The translations under genes were made by a program, and so were the position numbers. 64,000 nucleotides of DNA, from contig JAKCEX010000004.1 of NCBI GenBank assembly GCA_023539395.1, positions 158-64,157 on the forward strand, read 5' to 3'. This document shows positions 9,104 to 18,720 of the stretch, in pieces; within the stretch, counting starts at the first letter, position 1, and every line of letters starts with the position of its first letter. Origin of the DNA: Candidatus Geocrenenecus arthurdayi. GTDB taxonomy: Archaea > Thermoproteota > Nitrososphaeria_A > Caldarchaeales > Wolframiiraptoraceae. The notes beneath the pieces are model-generated. The model was not told the DNA's origin, searched no databases, and worked only from the letters and a program-made list of their open reading frames with translations.

Positions 9104-10395
9104 GGATAGACTCTTGTTGGTGTTCTAGGAAAGAGGCATGCACTGCGGATATGGGGAAGTTGTAGAAGCCACCAAAGCATTCTCTCGATACCCAGCCCGA
9201 AGCCGCTATGAGGTACGCTACCATATTTTCTTAAGTCAATGTACCATCTATAATCTTCAACGTTAAGACCATTCTCTCGAATCCTCTCTAAGAGAAGATT
9301 GTAGTCATGTATTCTCTGACCTCCACCTACTATCTCACCATAACCTCCAGGAGCTAGGAGATCGGTATTCAAGCAGACAGAAGGATCGTTAGGGTCAGGC
9401 ATGTGGTAGAAAGCTTTAGCCTCTTTGGGGTAATGGGTTACAAAGAAGGGTTTCTCAAATTCTTTAGAAAGAATCCTCTCTTCGTCTGCTCCGAAATCAT
9501 CTCCCCAGTTAATATTTACATTCTTACTTTGAAGTATTTGTAAAGCTTCAGCATACTTTATCCTTGGGTATGGAGGCTCAGCCATCTCTGGCTTCACGAC
9601 TTTATCCAAGGCTTTTAACTCTACTTCAGACTCCTTACTTAGATTACTAACAATAGCGTAAACCAATTCTTCTATGACCTTCATTATATCATAGAGGTCC
9701 GCGTAAGCCATTTCTACTTCTAGATGCCAAAACTCTGTTAAATGTCTCCTCGTCCTACTAAGCTCAGCTCTGAAACTAGGCTGAAGACTATATACTTTCT
9801 CTAGACTATATATTGCAGCTTCCTGGTAGAATTGAACACTCTGCGTAAGATAAGCAGTTCTACCAAAGTAGTCTAATTTAAATAGTGTGGCACCCCCCTC
9901 AACTGCTGCTGTTATGAAGGTAGGGCAGTTAACCTCGATGAACCCGTTCTCTCTCAGCCATCTACGTGCTATATCCATGAGGTTTGCTCTAATCTTCATG
10001 ATCATCGCTACTTTAGGGCTCCTTAAATGGAGGTGTCTATTATCTAGTAGAAATTTTAATCCAACACCCTTCCTTATTGGAAAGCCATCTAAACTAGGTC
10101 CGAAAACCTCTATATGATTGCAGTGGAGTTCTACTCCTCCAGGAGCTCTTGCATCTCTCTTAATCTTACCTCTAACCTTTACTGCTGATTCTAAGCCTAC
10201 GTCTAATGCTTTCATAAAGGTTTCACTGTCTGCTATTCCCTGCTTAACTGCTATCTGTATGATACCTGTCGAGTCTCTTAAGTCTAGGAATACAAGTTTT
10301 CCATGACGTCTCTTAGACCTAACCCACCCGATTAATTCTACTTCTGAATCTTCTCCACATTTGAAGGCATCTCTAATGTATAGCGTCTTTAACAC
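9100..10395 (-). CDS. asnS: Asparaginyl-tRNA synthetase (class IIb)
   Basis: GGATLFKLDYF, SFRAE.SRTRRHLTEFWHLE, WYIDLRKYGSVPHSGFGLGIER and the FPRTPTRVYP C-terminus closely follow archaeal AsnRS as I recall it. Confidence 0.9.
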   Translation of the reverse strand: MLKTLYIRDAFKCGEDSEVELIGWVRSKRRHGKLVFLDLRDSTGIIQIAVKQGIADSETFMKALDVGLESAVKVRGKIKRDARAPGGVELHCNHIEVFGPSLDGFPIRKGVGLKFLLDNRHLHLRSPKVAMIMKIRANLMDIARRWLRENGFIEVNCPTFITAAVEGGATLFKLDYFGRTAYLTQSVQFYQEAAIYSLEKVYSLQPSFRAELSRTRRHLTEFWHLEVEMAYADLYDIMKVIEELVYAIVSNLSKESEVELKALDKVVKPEMAEPPYPRIKYAEALQILQSKNVNINWGDDFGADEERILSKEFEKPFFVTHYPKEAKAFYHMPDPNDPSVCLNTDLLAPGGYGEIVGGGQRIHDYNLLLERIRENGLNVEDYRWYIDLRKYGSVPHSGFGLGIERMLWWLLQLPHIRSACLFPRTPTRVYP

Positions 10396-10456
10396 TCCTA
10401 ATCCTCCAGATCCTAATAATACATTGGAGTTTTTTTCTATTTCTATGATTGAGCTT

Positions 10457-10798
10457 TTAAGTTATTGGGGTTCCTTCGGGGACAGGTTTCTCAGGGACTA
10501 GTGGAGCGATGTTCTCTTCAGCTGCAGTTGCTGCTAAGATCATGCACTCAGATAATTCTCCTCTAATCTTTCTAGGTTTGAGATTAAAGACGAATGCGAA
10601 AAGCTTGCCGATGAAGTATTCAGGCTCATAGATATGGCCAAGACCAGCTATAGCCTGTCTTCTCACTCCACCAAAATCTACTTGCAACTTTATGAGACGA
10701 TCTGTGCCCTTAACTCTCTCAGCTCCAATAACCCGTCCAATTCTCAAATCAAGACGTCTAAACTCCGAGATATCTACTTCTCCCGCCATACAGATCAT
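10457..10798 (-). CDS. tRNA-binding domain protein (Trbp111/CsaA, EMAP-II-like OB fold)
   Basis: LDLRIGRVIGAERV.GTDRLIKLQVDFG..RRQIAGL and a 113-aa size. Confidence 0.8.
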   Translation of the reverse strand: MICMAGEVDISEFRRLDLRIGRVIGAERVKGTDRLIKLQVDFGGVRRQAIAGLGHIYEPEYFIGKLFAFVFNLKPRKIRGELSECMILAATAAEENIAPLVPEKPVPEGTPIT

Positions 10799-10869
10799 AG
10801 ATTATTACATTCTTACTAGTTATTATCATTTACCTGTGACTACCCCCAAGCTTCATCCATCAATTTACC

Positions 10870-10883
10870 CGAAAATTTTTATA
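10870..10883 (+). promoter_or_regulatory. BRE/TATA promoter (CGAAAA-TTTTTATA) for the small Lys/Ala-rich gene
   Basis: The purine-rich BRE directly abuts an 8-nt TATA box about 40 nt upstream of the ATG at 10923. The tRNA promoter at 56924-56937 has the same architecture. Confidence 0.5.
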
Positions 10884-10922
10884 CAACTAAAAACATACTA
10901 ATTACTGATGGTGTGTTATAGC

Positions 10923-11069
10923 ATGTCAAAGAAGAAAGCTGCAAAGAAGAAGGGAGCAAAGAAAGCAGCGAAAAAGAAGGCTGCGAAGAAGAAAGCAGCA
11001 AAAAAAGCTAGGAGACCAAAGAAAGTAGCTCCCAAAGCTCCAGCAGCAGAGGAAGTTACTGGAGCATAA
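10923..11069 (+). CDS. 48-aa Lys/Ala-rich basic protein (MSKKKAAKKKGAKKAAKKKAAKKKAAKKARRPKKVAPKAPAAEEVTGA), H1-tail-like
   Basis: Hand-translated ATG..TAA ORF, absent from the ORF track because it is under 60 aa. It is flanked by a canonical promoter and an oligo-T terminator. Confidence 0.55.
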   Translation: MSKKKAAKKKGAKKAAKKKAAKKKAAKKARRPKKVAPKAPAAEEVTGA

Positions 11070-11091
11070 AATACCTCTTAATGCCCCACTA

Positions 11092-11110
11092 TTTTTTCTT
11101 TTTTATTTTT
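11092..11110. terminator. Oligo-T tract (TTTTTTCTTTTTTATTTTT) between convergent genes
   Basis: Archaeal intrinsic terminators are T-runs. This one lies 22 nt after the stop codon of the small basic gene. Confidence 0.5.
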
Positions 11111-11657
11111 ACCAGGCTGGGTATTCTTCTTCTATTTCTGAAGCTTTACTCCTCGATGATACAATGTAGAATATGAGGAAAGCAGTCGTAGCGGAGACTA
11201 TTGAGGGTACTGATAAGAAGAATAATATATCTAGAGACCTATACAAGAATAAGTCGGACATCAACCTATCTACTTCCGATAGCCATGCTAGATTACCACT
11301 ATGGAGAGGATATAGCATAAAGTTTGAAAATATCCAGAATGAGAAGATTATTAAAGTTGATGTAAAAACTATTTTTGCAGCTCTATAAGGTTCCCCGGTC
11401 AAGAGCCCTATCAACGCTGAGCTTAAAATCCAGATGATAAGAGGCCATACCCCGAGGTATACTCCACCGCCTAGAGATGGTGCACCCAATGCTGATGAGA
11501 GGGGTGTAAGGAGAAAAGAATAGATGTCATGAAGCATCTTTAGCAAGCCCATCTGTAAGGGAAGTTCAGCAGTCCATGCTTCACTACTGAATGCCAGTAA
11601 AGAACCAAGAGTTACAGAAGCCATCATAGTACCTAAACCTAGAATGAAACTCTTCAT
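11109..11657 (-). CDS. Hypothetical integral membrane protein (about 5 TM helices)
   Basis: 182-aa hydrophobic ORF. I recognised no motif. Confidence 0.5.
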   Translation of the reverse strand: MKSFILGLGTMMASVTLGSLLAFSSEAWTAELPLQMGLLKMLHDIYSFLLTPLSSALGAPSLGGGVYLGVWPLIIWILSSALIGLLTGEPYRAAKIVFTSTLIIFSFWIFSNFMLYPLHSGNLAWLSEVDRLMSDLFLYRSLDILFFLSVPSIVSATTAFLIFYIVSSRSKASEIEEEYPAW

Positions 11658-11940
11658 ACCCGAATAGGATTCAAACTGAGTGGATAAATCTTTCTAGATT
11701 ACTCTAAGCTAGTACAGACGAATAGAATATCAGGGTAATCTGTTGAGACTATACCCTTACGTGATACTCGAAGATACCTTCCTACGGCTAACTTCTTGAA
11801 TATAGGAATGGGACTCTCCAAATATATTAATTGATCGTGGTAACTTATAAATACAGCTTAGGAACCTCAGTCTCCGAAGACAAGCAGCCCCTGAGCACCA
11901 TACAGAGATACTAAGGTAATGATGTTGGAGGTGCTTGAAG

Positions 11941-12258
11941 ATGGCTTGGTTAATAGGTTACGTATTAAGTGAGAGATTTAGAAGAAGCGGTAGGAGCAAA
12001 AAGAAAAGGGACTATATCCTAGACTTTCCAGGAGTAAACGATAAAGAGACTGCTTCTCTCCTTGTTGGTAGAGAGATTGAGTATAGAGATAATTTCGTTA
12101 GAGTGGAGGGAAAGATTATAAGAACGCATGGTGCGAGGGGGAAAGTTAGAGCTAGATTTACTAAGCCTCTACCAGGAGAATTCTGGAGGGGTAGAGTGTA
12201 CCTCCGTGTAGATAGGCTTGTTCTTGGAGTAGCTAGATATGTGGAGGGTTCTTATTAA
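11941..12258 (+). CDS. rpl35ae: Ribosomal protein L35Ae (eL33)
   Basis: GVNDKETASLLVGREIEY...GKIIRTHGARGKVRARF..PLP pattern. A GGAGGTG Shine-Dalgarno lies 7 nt upstream of the ATG at 11941; the ORF track starts at a TTG at 11935. Confidence 0.8.
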   Translation: MAWLIGYVLSERFRRSGRSKKKRDYILDFPGVNDKETASLLVGREIEYRDNFVRVEGKIIRTHGARGKVRARFTKPLPGEFWRGRVYLRVDRLVLGVARYVEGSY

Positions 12259-13810
12259 ACTGTCTGAAGTATCTTCGCTTAACTTCTTGTATGGTATCTG
12301 CTTCTTGAGGTTTTTTATCAAGCTTTATCTTAGTTATCCTAGCGAATCTTAATGCTAACCCAGACCTGTACTTACGGCTCTTCTGAATCTCATTATAAGC
12401 AACTTCCACGACTATTTCAGGTTTAACCTTAACTGTGTATCCTTCCTGACCAATCTTTAATTCTAGAAGTTTCTTCGTAATCCATTCAAATTCTTCATCT
12501 GTCAGCCCTTTAAATGTTTTACCAATGATCTCAAATCCTCCAGTCTCTGGGTCATAAGCTGCAAGGTGGTAGTTGCTTAACCATCCAGTCCTTCTACCAT
12601 ATCCATAGTCAGCTTTAACTATAACTAGGTCGAGGTTTTCGGAAGGCTTAATCTTAAGCCAGAGCTTCTCTCTTCTACCTGGCTTATATCTTCCATCAAG
12701 CTTCTTTAACATTACACCTTCATGCCCAGCTTTAATAGCTGAATCTAAGAATTCTCTAACCTCATTCTCTGAATAAACTATCTTTCTAGGAATTAGTATA
12801 TCGGGAGAAGCTATGCTCTTTAACTTATCCCATCGTTCAGAATATGGTAGGTCTATCAATTCTTCGCCATCTAGGTAGAGTATATCAAAGAGATATAATC
12901 TTAAAGGTATATGCTTCGCTTCCTCTAAACTTCTCGTCCTCCTAAATCTTCTTAGGAGAATCTGGAAAGGTAAAGGTCTACCTGATGAATCTACAGCTAT
13001 TATCTCTCCATCCAAGACAGCTATACATTTCTTTATACACCTACCTACCTGCTCAACTATATCGGGGATACTCTCAGTTACTTCATTAAGTCTTCTAGAA
13101 AATATTCTTACACCATTGTTTCCAACATGGATTTGGACTCTTGCTCCATCTACTTTATATTCTACAGCGTATGGTCCAGGGTACTCTTTAAAGAGTTCAC
13201 TTAGATCTTGGCATTGTTCTGCTAACATAGGTCTTACAGGTCTATATACTTCCAGCCTCACTGATTCTATGGTCTGGCCACCAAATATTCTTACCAGTTC
13301 AGTTAATTCACCTATGTCGCCGAGAAGCATGTATGCACGATAAACAGATTCAAGTGGTGTGTTAGCCATTTCTCCTAGAGCCTCAACTAATACTCCCTCA
13401 TTAACTCCATGCTGCATTTCTCCAATAAGAATCTTCATAAACCATTCACGTTCAATCTCATCCATCCTAGCAACAAGCCCCGAGAGAATATTCTTCTTCT
13501 TTTCTCTAGAACCATAACCTTTAATCTTAGCTACTTCAAGAAGTTTCTCAGCGACTTCTCCGATAGTTAGAGGCTCAGCTACAAGAGTTGACTGTAACTC
13601 ATGTAGCTCTGCTAGAGTACTATAACCTACGTCTAGTTCATCACTTATAGTTTCAGGAAGAGGCTTACCTATAAGTAAACGTGAAGCATACTTAGCCTCT
13701 GATGGTTCAAGATTTCTCAGGAATCTAACTATGAGGGAAACTTTATCCTTTCTACCTGTAGTCTCCTTAAGCCTTTCACATAATTCTGCAAACTCTCTAA
13801 AGAAGGTCAT
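12233..13810 (-). CDS. lig: ATP-dependent DNA ligase
   Basis: Adenylation motif EYKVDGARVQIH, plus LPFQILLRRFRR, EGVMLK, WLKIKP and the OB-domain motif ALRFARI. The likely start is the Met at 13810 (MTFFREF). Confidence 0.9.
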   Translation of the reverse strand: MTFFREFAELCERLKETTGRKDKVSLIVRFLRNLEPSEAKYASRLLIGKPLPETISDELDVGYSTLAELHELQSTLVAEPLTIGEVAEKLLEVAKIKGYGSREKKKNILSGLVARMDEIEREWFMKILIGEMQHGVNEGVLVEALGEMANTPLESVYRAYMLLGDIGELTELVRIFGGQTIESVRLEVYRPVRPMLAEQCQDLSELFKEYPGPYAVEYKVDGARVQIHVGNNGVRIFSRRLNEVTESIPDIVEQVGRCIKKCIAVLDGEIIAVDSSGRPLPFQILLRRFRRTRSLEEAKHIPLRLYLFDILYLDGEELIDLPYSERWDKLKSIASPDILIPRKIVYSENEVREFLDSAIKAGHEGVMLKKLDGRYKPGRREKLWLKIKPSENLDLVIVKADYGYGRRTGWLSNYHLAAYDPETGGFEIIGKTFKGLTDEEFEWITKKLLELKIGQEGYTVKVKPEIVVEVAYNEIQKSRKYRSGLALRFARITKIKLDKKPQEADTIQEVKRRYFRQFNKNPPHI

Positions 13811-13978
13811 CCCTTCACTACAATAAATCACGATAATCACTGATATATCTTCATACTACAATATGCTCCTACGAACTATACCCTTAGATATTAAGGGTCT
13901 AATCTGGGTATTCCTAGTAAATTATGGTTTCTTTTGTTAACATTAAAATTATAGATTAACAAGTAACTAGCTGAAGAA

Positions 13979-14185
13979 ATGACCAGTAGTAAAGTTGAAG
14001 GAAAGATTTTTTATCAATGTGTTTGGTGTAAGAGAGTCTTTGAGAAAGAGAAACTCTCAAGAGTTGCTGAGACTAGATGCCCATACTGTGGATTTAATGT
14101 TATAAAGAAGGCCAAGCCATTTAGAGCTAAGCTAATAATAACCTCAGAGCTTAGCAAAGAGCAGAGAATCCTAACTGGGAGCTAG
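13979..14185 (+). CDS. rpoP: RNA polymerase subunit Rpo12 (RpoP)-like zinc-ribbon protein
   Basis: YQCVWCKR...RCPYCGFNVIKKAKP matches the C-x2-C...C-x2-C Rpo12 ribbon. It has a longer C-terminal tail than usual. Confidence 0.6.
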   Translation: MTSSKVEGKIFYQCVWCKRVFEKEKLSRVAETRCPYCGFNVIKKAKPFRAKLIITSELSKEQRILTGS

Positions 14186-14254
14186 CGGAAATGAAGCTAT
14201 CATATCTTGTAGATACTCCTACACGATGATTCTATACTTATCTTTGGGCTAAAC

Positions 14255-14635
14255 CTAAAGCTTCTTCCCTCTAATCTCCCCAATTTTCTTAATAATTTCT
14301 TCAAGGAAGTCTTTTGAAGCTCCAGGATCTATTATTGAAACACTACTAGCTGATACAGCTATTCCAGCTGCTTCTCCTAGAGCCTTCTTACTTGAAACAA
14401 ATGTATAAGGGATCTTCTTTTCATCACATAGAAGGGGGAGGAAAGCAACTATCTCTGGTGGGTCAACATCCGTAGCTATTATAACAAACTTTGCTTGACC
14501 TCTCTCTATAGATTTAATGACCTCATTCACACCCTTCCTTATCTTCCCTGATTCTCTAGCCATCTTCACAACTTCAAGTGTAGCTCTAATAAGCTCCTCC
14601 GGTGGATTAAAAGTAACATAGCTTGGATTAGGCAT
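14255..14635 (-). CDS. rpl7ae: Ribosomal protein L7Ae (K-turn-binding protein)
   Basis: [44 protein letters not shown] is the hallmark L7Ae core. Confidence 0.95.
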   Translation of the reverse strand: MPNPSYVTFNPPEELIRATLEVVKMARESGKIRKGVNEVIKSIERGQAKFVIIATDVDPPEIVAFLPLLCDEKKIPYTFVSSKKALGEAAGIAVSASSVSIIDPGASKDFLEEIIKKIGEIRGKKL

Positions 14636-14650
14636 ATGCCTTCATCTCCA
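14624..14650 (-). promoter_or_regulatory. K-turn-like hairpin covering the Shine-Dalgarno and AUG of the L7Ae mRNA
   Basis: The mRNA reads UGGA-GAU-GA-AGGC-AUAU-GCCU-AA-UCCA. That gives a 4-bp C helix, a 3-nt bulge, a G.A pair followed by an A.A pair, and a 4-bp hairpin. The AUG lies in the loop/stem and the SD (GGAGAUGA) in the C helix and bulge. Confidence 0.4.
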
Positions 14651-14877
14651 TTTATCTATGACAGATAGGGGAGCACCTGTACAAATATGTTGCTCCAGTT
14701 AAGCCTCTACAGCTTTAGTATGCTCTCAATCTAAGTAATATAGTGGTTTGAAGAGAGAACATCATGCCATTCTTCTCAGCTTAGTAGGTAGGGTTCCTAA
14801 GTATATAATGAGGCGGCGATTTATAGGTCCGATTTATAGATGAAAAATTTATTCATCTCTTATTCTATCTATGATAC

Positions 14878-15372
14878 ATGATTAGCGGGCTAAAGATTGA
14901 TATAGTAGATGTAAAAGTCCCTGAAGGATGCAATATAATTTTCGGAATAACTCATTTCATAAAGACTGTTGAAGATGTTTATGAAGCAATCGTAAACTCA
15001 GTACCAGGTGCAAAATTTGGGTTAGCGTTTGCAGAAGCTAGTGGACCATGCCTCATCAGGCATGAAGGTACAGATGAAGAACTTAGAAGACTTGCAGCTG
15101 AAACACTCTTAAGAATTGGATGTGGGCATACATTCTTAATAATCATGAGGAATATGTATCCAATTAACGTGATGGATAAGATTAAACTTGTTCCAGAAGT
15201 CTGTACGATACTTGCAGCTACGGCGAATCCACTGCAAGTCATAGTTGTTGAAACAGAGCAAGGTAGAGGTGTGATGGCTGTAATAGATGGATATAAGTCT
15301 AAGGGAATAGAAGACGAGAAAGATATAGAAGAAAGGAGAAAGTTTCTACGTAGGATAGGTTACAAGTTCTAG
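14878..15372 (+). CDS. Conserved archaeal 'adenosine-specific kinase' family protein (PF04008-like)
   Basis: About 160 aa, HFIKTVEDVYEAIVNSVPGAKFGLAFAEASGP.LIR pattern as I recall it for this family. Confidence 0.55.
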   Translation: MISGLKIDIVDVKVPEGCNIIFGITHFIKTVEDVYEAIVNSVPGAKFGLAFAEASGPCLIRHEGTDEELRRLAAETLLRIGCGHTFLIIMRNMYPINVMDKIKLVPEVCTILAATANPLQVIVVETEQGRGVMAVIDGYKSKGIEDEKDIEERRKFLRRIGYKF

Positions 15373-15512
15373 AAATAAACTCTACATCCTAAGGTGATTA
15401 TGTATCTTCCCAACCTACGTTTAATACTGATGCATCAAAGACTAGCTGTATCCAAGTAGAATAGAGAAGGTTCATCAAGTAGTTTTAGCAATAGGTTTAT
15501 GAAGTCTAGAAG

Positions 15513-17234
15513 ATGAAGATAGAAGAACTAATATTAAAATGGGCTTTAAAGAATGCATTAGACCATGGAGGAAAAGCTCTCCAAAATGCTGTATTATCCA
15601 AGATTTTTAGGGAAGACTCATCTCTAAGAACGAGAGTAAAAGAATTATTACCTCTAGTTGAAGAGATTGTGAACCAAGTAAACTCGATGGATATCAACGA
15701 GCAGAAGAGTTTACTTGAAGAACTAGCTCCTGACCTCTTATTATATGAGAAGAAGATTGAAGAAAAGAAGCTTCCCCCTCTCCCTAATGCTGTTAGAGGT
15801 AGAGTGGTTACGCGTCTACCACCTGAGCCAAGCGGCTACATGCATATTGGTCATGCTATGAGTGGGTTACTAAACTATTTCTATGCTAGAATGTATGACG
15901 GTAGAGTGTGGTTAAGATTCGAAGATACAGACCCTAGAAAAGTTAAGCTTGAATATTATGAAAGTTTTAGGAGAGGATATAAATGGCTTGGGATTGAATG
16001 GGATTATGAGAAAAACAATAGTGACGATATAGAGTTATTCTATGACTATGCTGAGAAGATAATAGAGTTGGGGAAAGCATACGTCTGCTTCTGCCCCCAT
16101 GAAAAAATAAAATCTTATAGAAAGAAAGGTGAAGAATGTGAGCATCGAAGTCAAGATGTAGATGAGAACTTAAAATATTGGGGGATGATGCTTAGTGGGC
16201 GGTTCAGAGAAGGTGAAGCAATACTTAGACTCGCTGGAGATATGAAGAGCAAAAATACCACTATGAGGGACCCTGCAATCCTTAGAATAGTTGAATACAG
16301 CCACCCCCTTGTAGGTGCTAGATACCGTGTATGGCCTCTATACGATTTCGCAGTTTCAATAGAAGATGGGATATGCGGCATCACACACATCTTACGTACA
16401 AGCGAATTTGCTTTAAGAGATGAACTACAAAATTATATTAGGGATCTTGTAGGGATGAGTAACCCAACATACATAGAATATTCTAGATTTGAGTTTAAGG
16501 GTACACCTGTCTCAAAGAGGAAGCTTAGGGCAGTGATGGAAGCTGGTCTAGCAGATAGATGGGATGATCCAAGATTTCCAACTATTGAAGGACTGAAGAA
16601 GAGGGGGATAATACCTGAAGCAATAAAAGAATTCACGTTAACACAAACAGGTTTCTCATATGCTAAAAGAGAGTATGACTGGAGCCTACTATATTCTGTG
16701 AATAGAAAGATTCTGGACCCAGTAGCTCGTAGATTCTTCTTTACACCTAACCCTATAAAACTAAAGATTGAACAATTAGAATCGGGAGAGATTACTATAC
16801 CTTACCATCCAACTAACAGGTCTCTAGGAGTGAGAAAGATAAGTTATACCGATGAATTCTATATTTCAAGCCTTGATGCTGAGAATATGAAAACTGGAGA
16901 CACCATAAGATTGAAATACCTAACTAATGTTAAGATAACTAATGTCTCAAGATATGAGGTAACAGGCATTAGGGTGAGTGGAGGACCAGCTCAGAATATC
17001 CCAATAATACAGTGGGTTCCATCACACAAATGTCTTAATGTTAAAGTATTGGTCCCGGACGTCTTATACTTGGATGAGGAAGAAATTAACCCAGAAAGCT
17101 TAAAGATTGTTGAAGGATATGCTGAAGAGAATATAGTAGACATAAAAGTTGATGAAATTGTTCAATTTGAGAGGTTTGGATTCTGCAGGTGTGACTCAGC
17201 AGACGATAGAATATTCATTAAAGCACACGACTAG
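15513..17234 (+). CDS. gltX: Glutamyl-tRNA synthetase (archaeal type)
   Basis: HIGH motif (PPEPSGYMHIGHA), a KMSKS-like VSKRKL and a 573-aa archaeal/eukaryal-type C-terminal domain. Confidence 0.92.
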   Translation: MKIEELILKWALKNALDHGGKALQNAVLSKIFREDSSLRTRVKELLPLVEEIVNQVNSMDINEQKSLLEELAPDLLLYEKKIEEKKLPPLPNAVRGRVVTRLPPEPSGYMHIGHAMSGLLNYFYARMYDGRVWLRFEDTDPRKVKLEYYESFRRGYKWLGIEWDYEKNNSDDIELFYDYAEKIIELGKAYVCFCPHEKIKSYRKKGEECEHRSQDVDENLKYWGMMLSGRFREGEAILRLAGDMKSKNTTMRDPAILRIVEYSHPLVGARYRVWPLYDFAVSIEDGICGITHILRTSEFALRDELQNYIRDLVGMSNPTYIEYSRFEFKGTPVSKRKLRAVMEAGLADRWDDPRFPTIEGLKKRGIIPEAIKEFTLTQTGFSYAKREYDWSLLYSVNRKILDPVARRFFFTPNPIKLKIEQLESGEITIPYHPTNRSLGVRKISYTDEFYISSLDAENMKTGDTIRLKYLTNVKITNVSRYEVTGIRVSGGPAQNIPIIQWVPSHKCLNVKVLVPDVLYLDEEEINPESLKIVEGYAEENIVDIKVDEIVQFERFGFCRCDSADDRIFIKAHD

Positions 17235-17252
17235 AATATCTACATCAATATA

Positions 17253-17444
17253 TTATGAACGCTTCTGTTTTCCATAATATTCTGTCCACTTAAGCTTTCT
17301 AGGATCTCTCTTAAATTCCACCATACTTACTCTACATTTCCTTGAGCAAAACCATAAGAGAGAGCCATCTCTCTTAACATATAGCATGCCTTTACCATGG
17401 AGGAATTCTCTCCCACAGAATGAGCATCTGTGTCTAGTAGGCAT
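17253..17444 (-). CDS. rpl24e: Ribosomal protein L24e
   Basis: CSFCGREF..GKGMLYVKRDGSLLWFCSRKC zinc-ribbon signature. Confidence 0.9.
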   Translation of the reverse strand: MPTRHRCSFCGREFLHGKGMLYVKRDGSLLWFCSRKCRVSMVEFKRDPRKLKWTEYYGKQKRS

Positions 17445-17460
17445 ATAGATACGCTCCGAA

Positions 17461-17688
17461 CTACTTTATCTTCTCAGCTTCCCTCTCAGTATCAAGTAGT
17501 AAGAGGATGTCTCCAAGACGAACTGGTCCTTTAACATTTCTAGTTATAACTCTACCTGCATCTCTACCTTCAAGTATTCTTACTCTAACTTGGGTAATCT
17601 CGCCTGTAGCACCTGTTCTACCAACTATCTGCTCAACGACAGCAGGTACAGGCTCTTCTACACGCTCAGTCTTAGCAGGCTTACTCAT
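17461..17688 (-). CDS. rps28e: Ribosomal protein S28e
   Basis: [49 protein letters not shown]. Confidence 0.92.
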   Translation of the reverse strand: MSKPAKTERVEEPVPAVVEQIVGRTGATGEITQVRVRILEGRDAGRVITRNVKGPVRLGDILLLLDTEREAEKIK

Positions 17689-17804
17689 CTCTCTTACCTT
17701 TTCTTATCAAAAATCCTATTCTTAAAGATTGCATTCAAATTCTAAGAACCTGCAAACATATCAGTAGAGTTTGAACTATCCGAATAAGTATTTTACTTTT
17801 CCAT

Positions 17805-18656
17805 CTATGGATACTCTATTTTTAGGGATGCGTAACCTACAACTGATGATTTATCTCCTGTTATATCCCCACTTGTAGCATACTTCAATAACTCTGCTTT
17901 ACTTGCTCCAAGCCTCCTAGAAGCTTCTAAAACAGCTGAGACAGGCCCATAACCACACATTGAAATATCCACTTCTCTTAACACTCTATAGAGTGTTTCA
18001 ACATCTAGTTTTCTAATGTTGTCAAGAGCTATCGAGTCTTTTTTAACAGCTACTTGGTGAGGCTCGTAATGAGTGAAATCTGTTGAAGCTACGAGCATTA
18101 TACCTGTTCTCTCTTTTAATAATTCTGCAAGAGCTCTCCCAACCTCCAAGGAGACCTCGATGCTTTGGTCGAGCATACATATAGGTAGAAAACTAAAATC
18201 TCCTAAGACATACTGAAGAAATGGTATTTGAACTTCAATTGAATGTTCGCGAGCATGTGATAATTCATCTAGAGAGAAGATATCAGATAATTCTGTAAGC
18301 TCCCTTCCAAGCTGAGAATCAATCTTAACCTCACCTAATGGAGTAACCCATACCCCATCTGGATATATAGAGACATCCATTCCAATACCATAATGATTCG
18401 GGCCTATCACTACCACCGTCCTAGGTCTCGACCTACCATCTAACTCTAAGTAGCCGTGAGCAGCTACAGGACCTGAATAAACATATCCAGCATGGGGGGA
18501 TATTAACGCGAGAGGATGGCTCCTCTTGTTTATCTTTCCTGATGGAAGCTTACCTGGTCCAATACTATGAAGGAAGCATTCTTCAATCTGCTTCTTCAAT
18601 GAAGCTGCTGATGAAGGATAAAACATCCCAGCTACTGCAGGGCTTCTCCTCGGCAT
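17805..18656 (-). CDS. MEMO1/AmmeMemoRadiSam system protein B family
   Basis: AGMFYP near the N-terminus, HAGYVYSG and GPNH motifs. The likely start is the Met at 18656. Confidence 0.85.
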   Translation of the reverse strand: MPRRSPAVAGMFYPSSAASLKKQIEECFLHSIGPGKLPSGKINKRSHPLALISPHAGYVYSGPVAAHGYLELDGRSRPRTVVVIGPNHYGIGMDVSIYPDGVWVTPLGEVKIDSQLGRELTELSDIFSLDELSHAREHSIEVQIPFLQYVLGDFSFLPICMLDQSIEVSLEVGRALAELLKERTGIMLVASTDFTHYEPHQVAVKKDSIALDNIRKLDVETLYRVLREVDISMCGYGPVSAVLEASRRLGASKAELLKYATSGDITGDKSSVVGYASLKIEYP

Positions 18657-18720
18657 ACCAAGATATAATATGATATCGCAAGTATTTATCATTGTTTTCC
18701 ATGATATATCCTTGGTTTAA

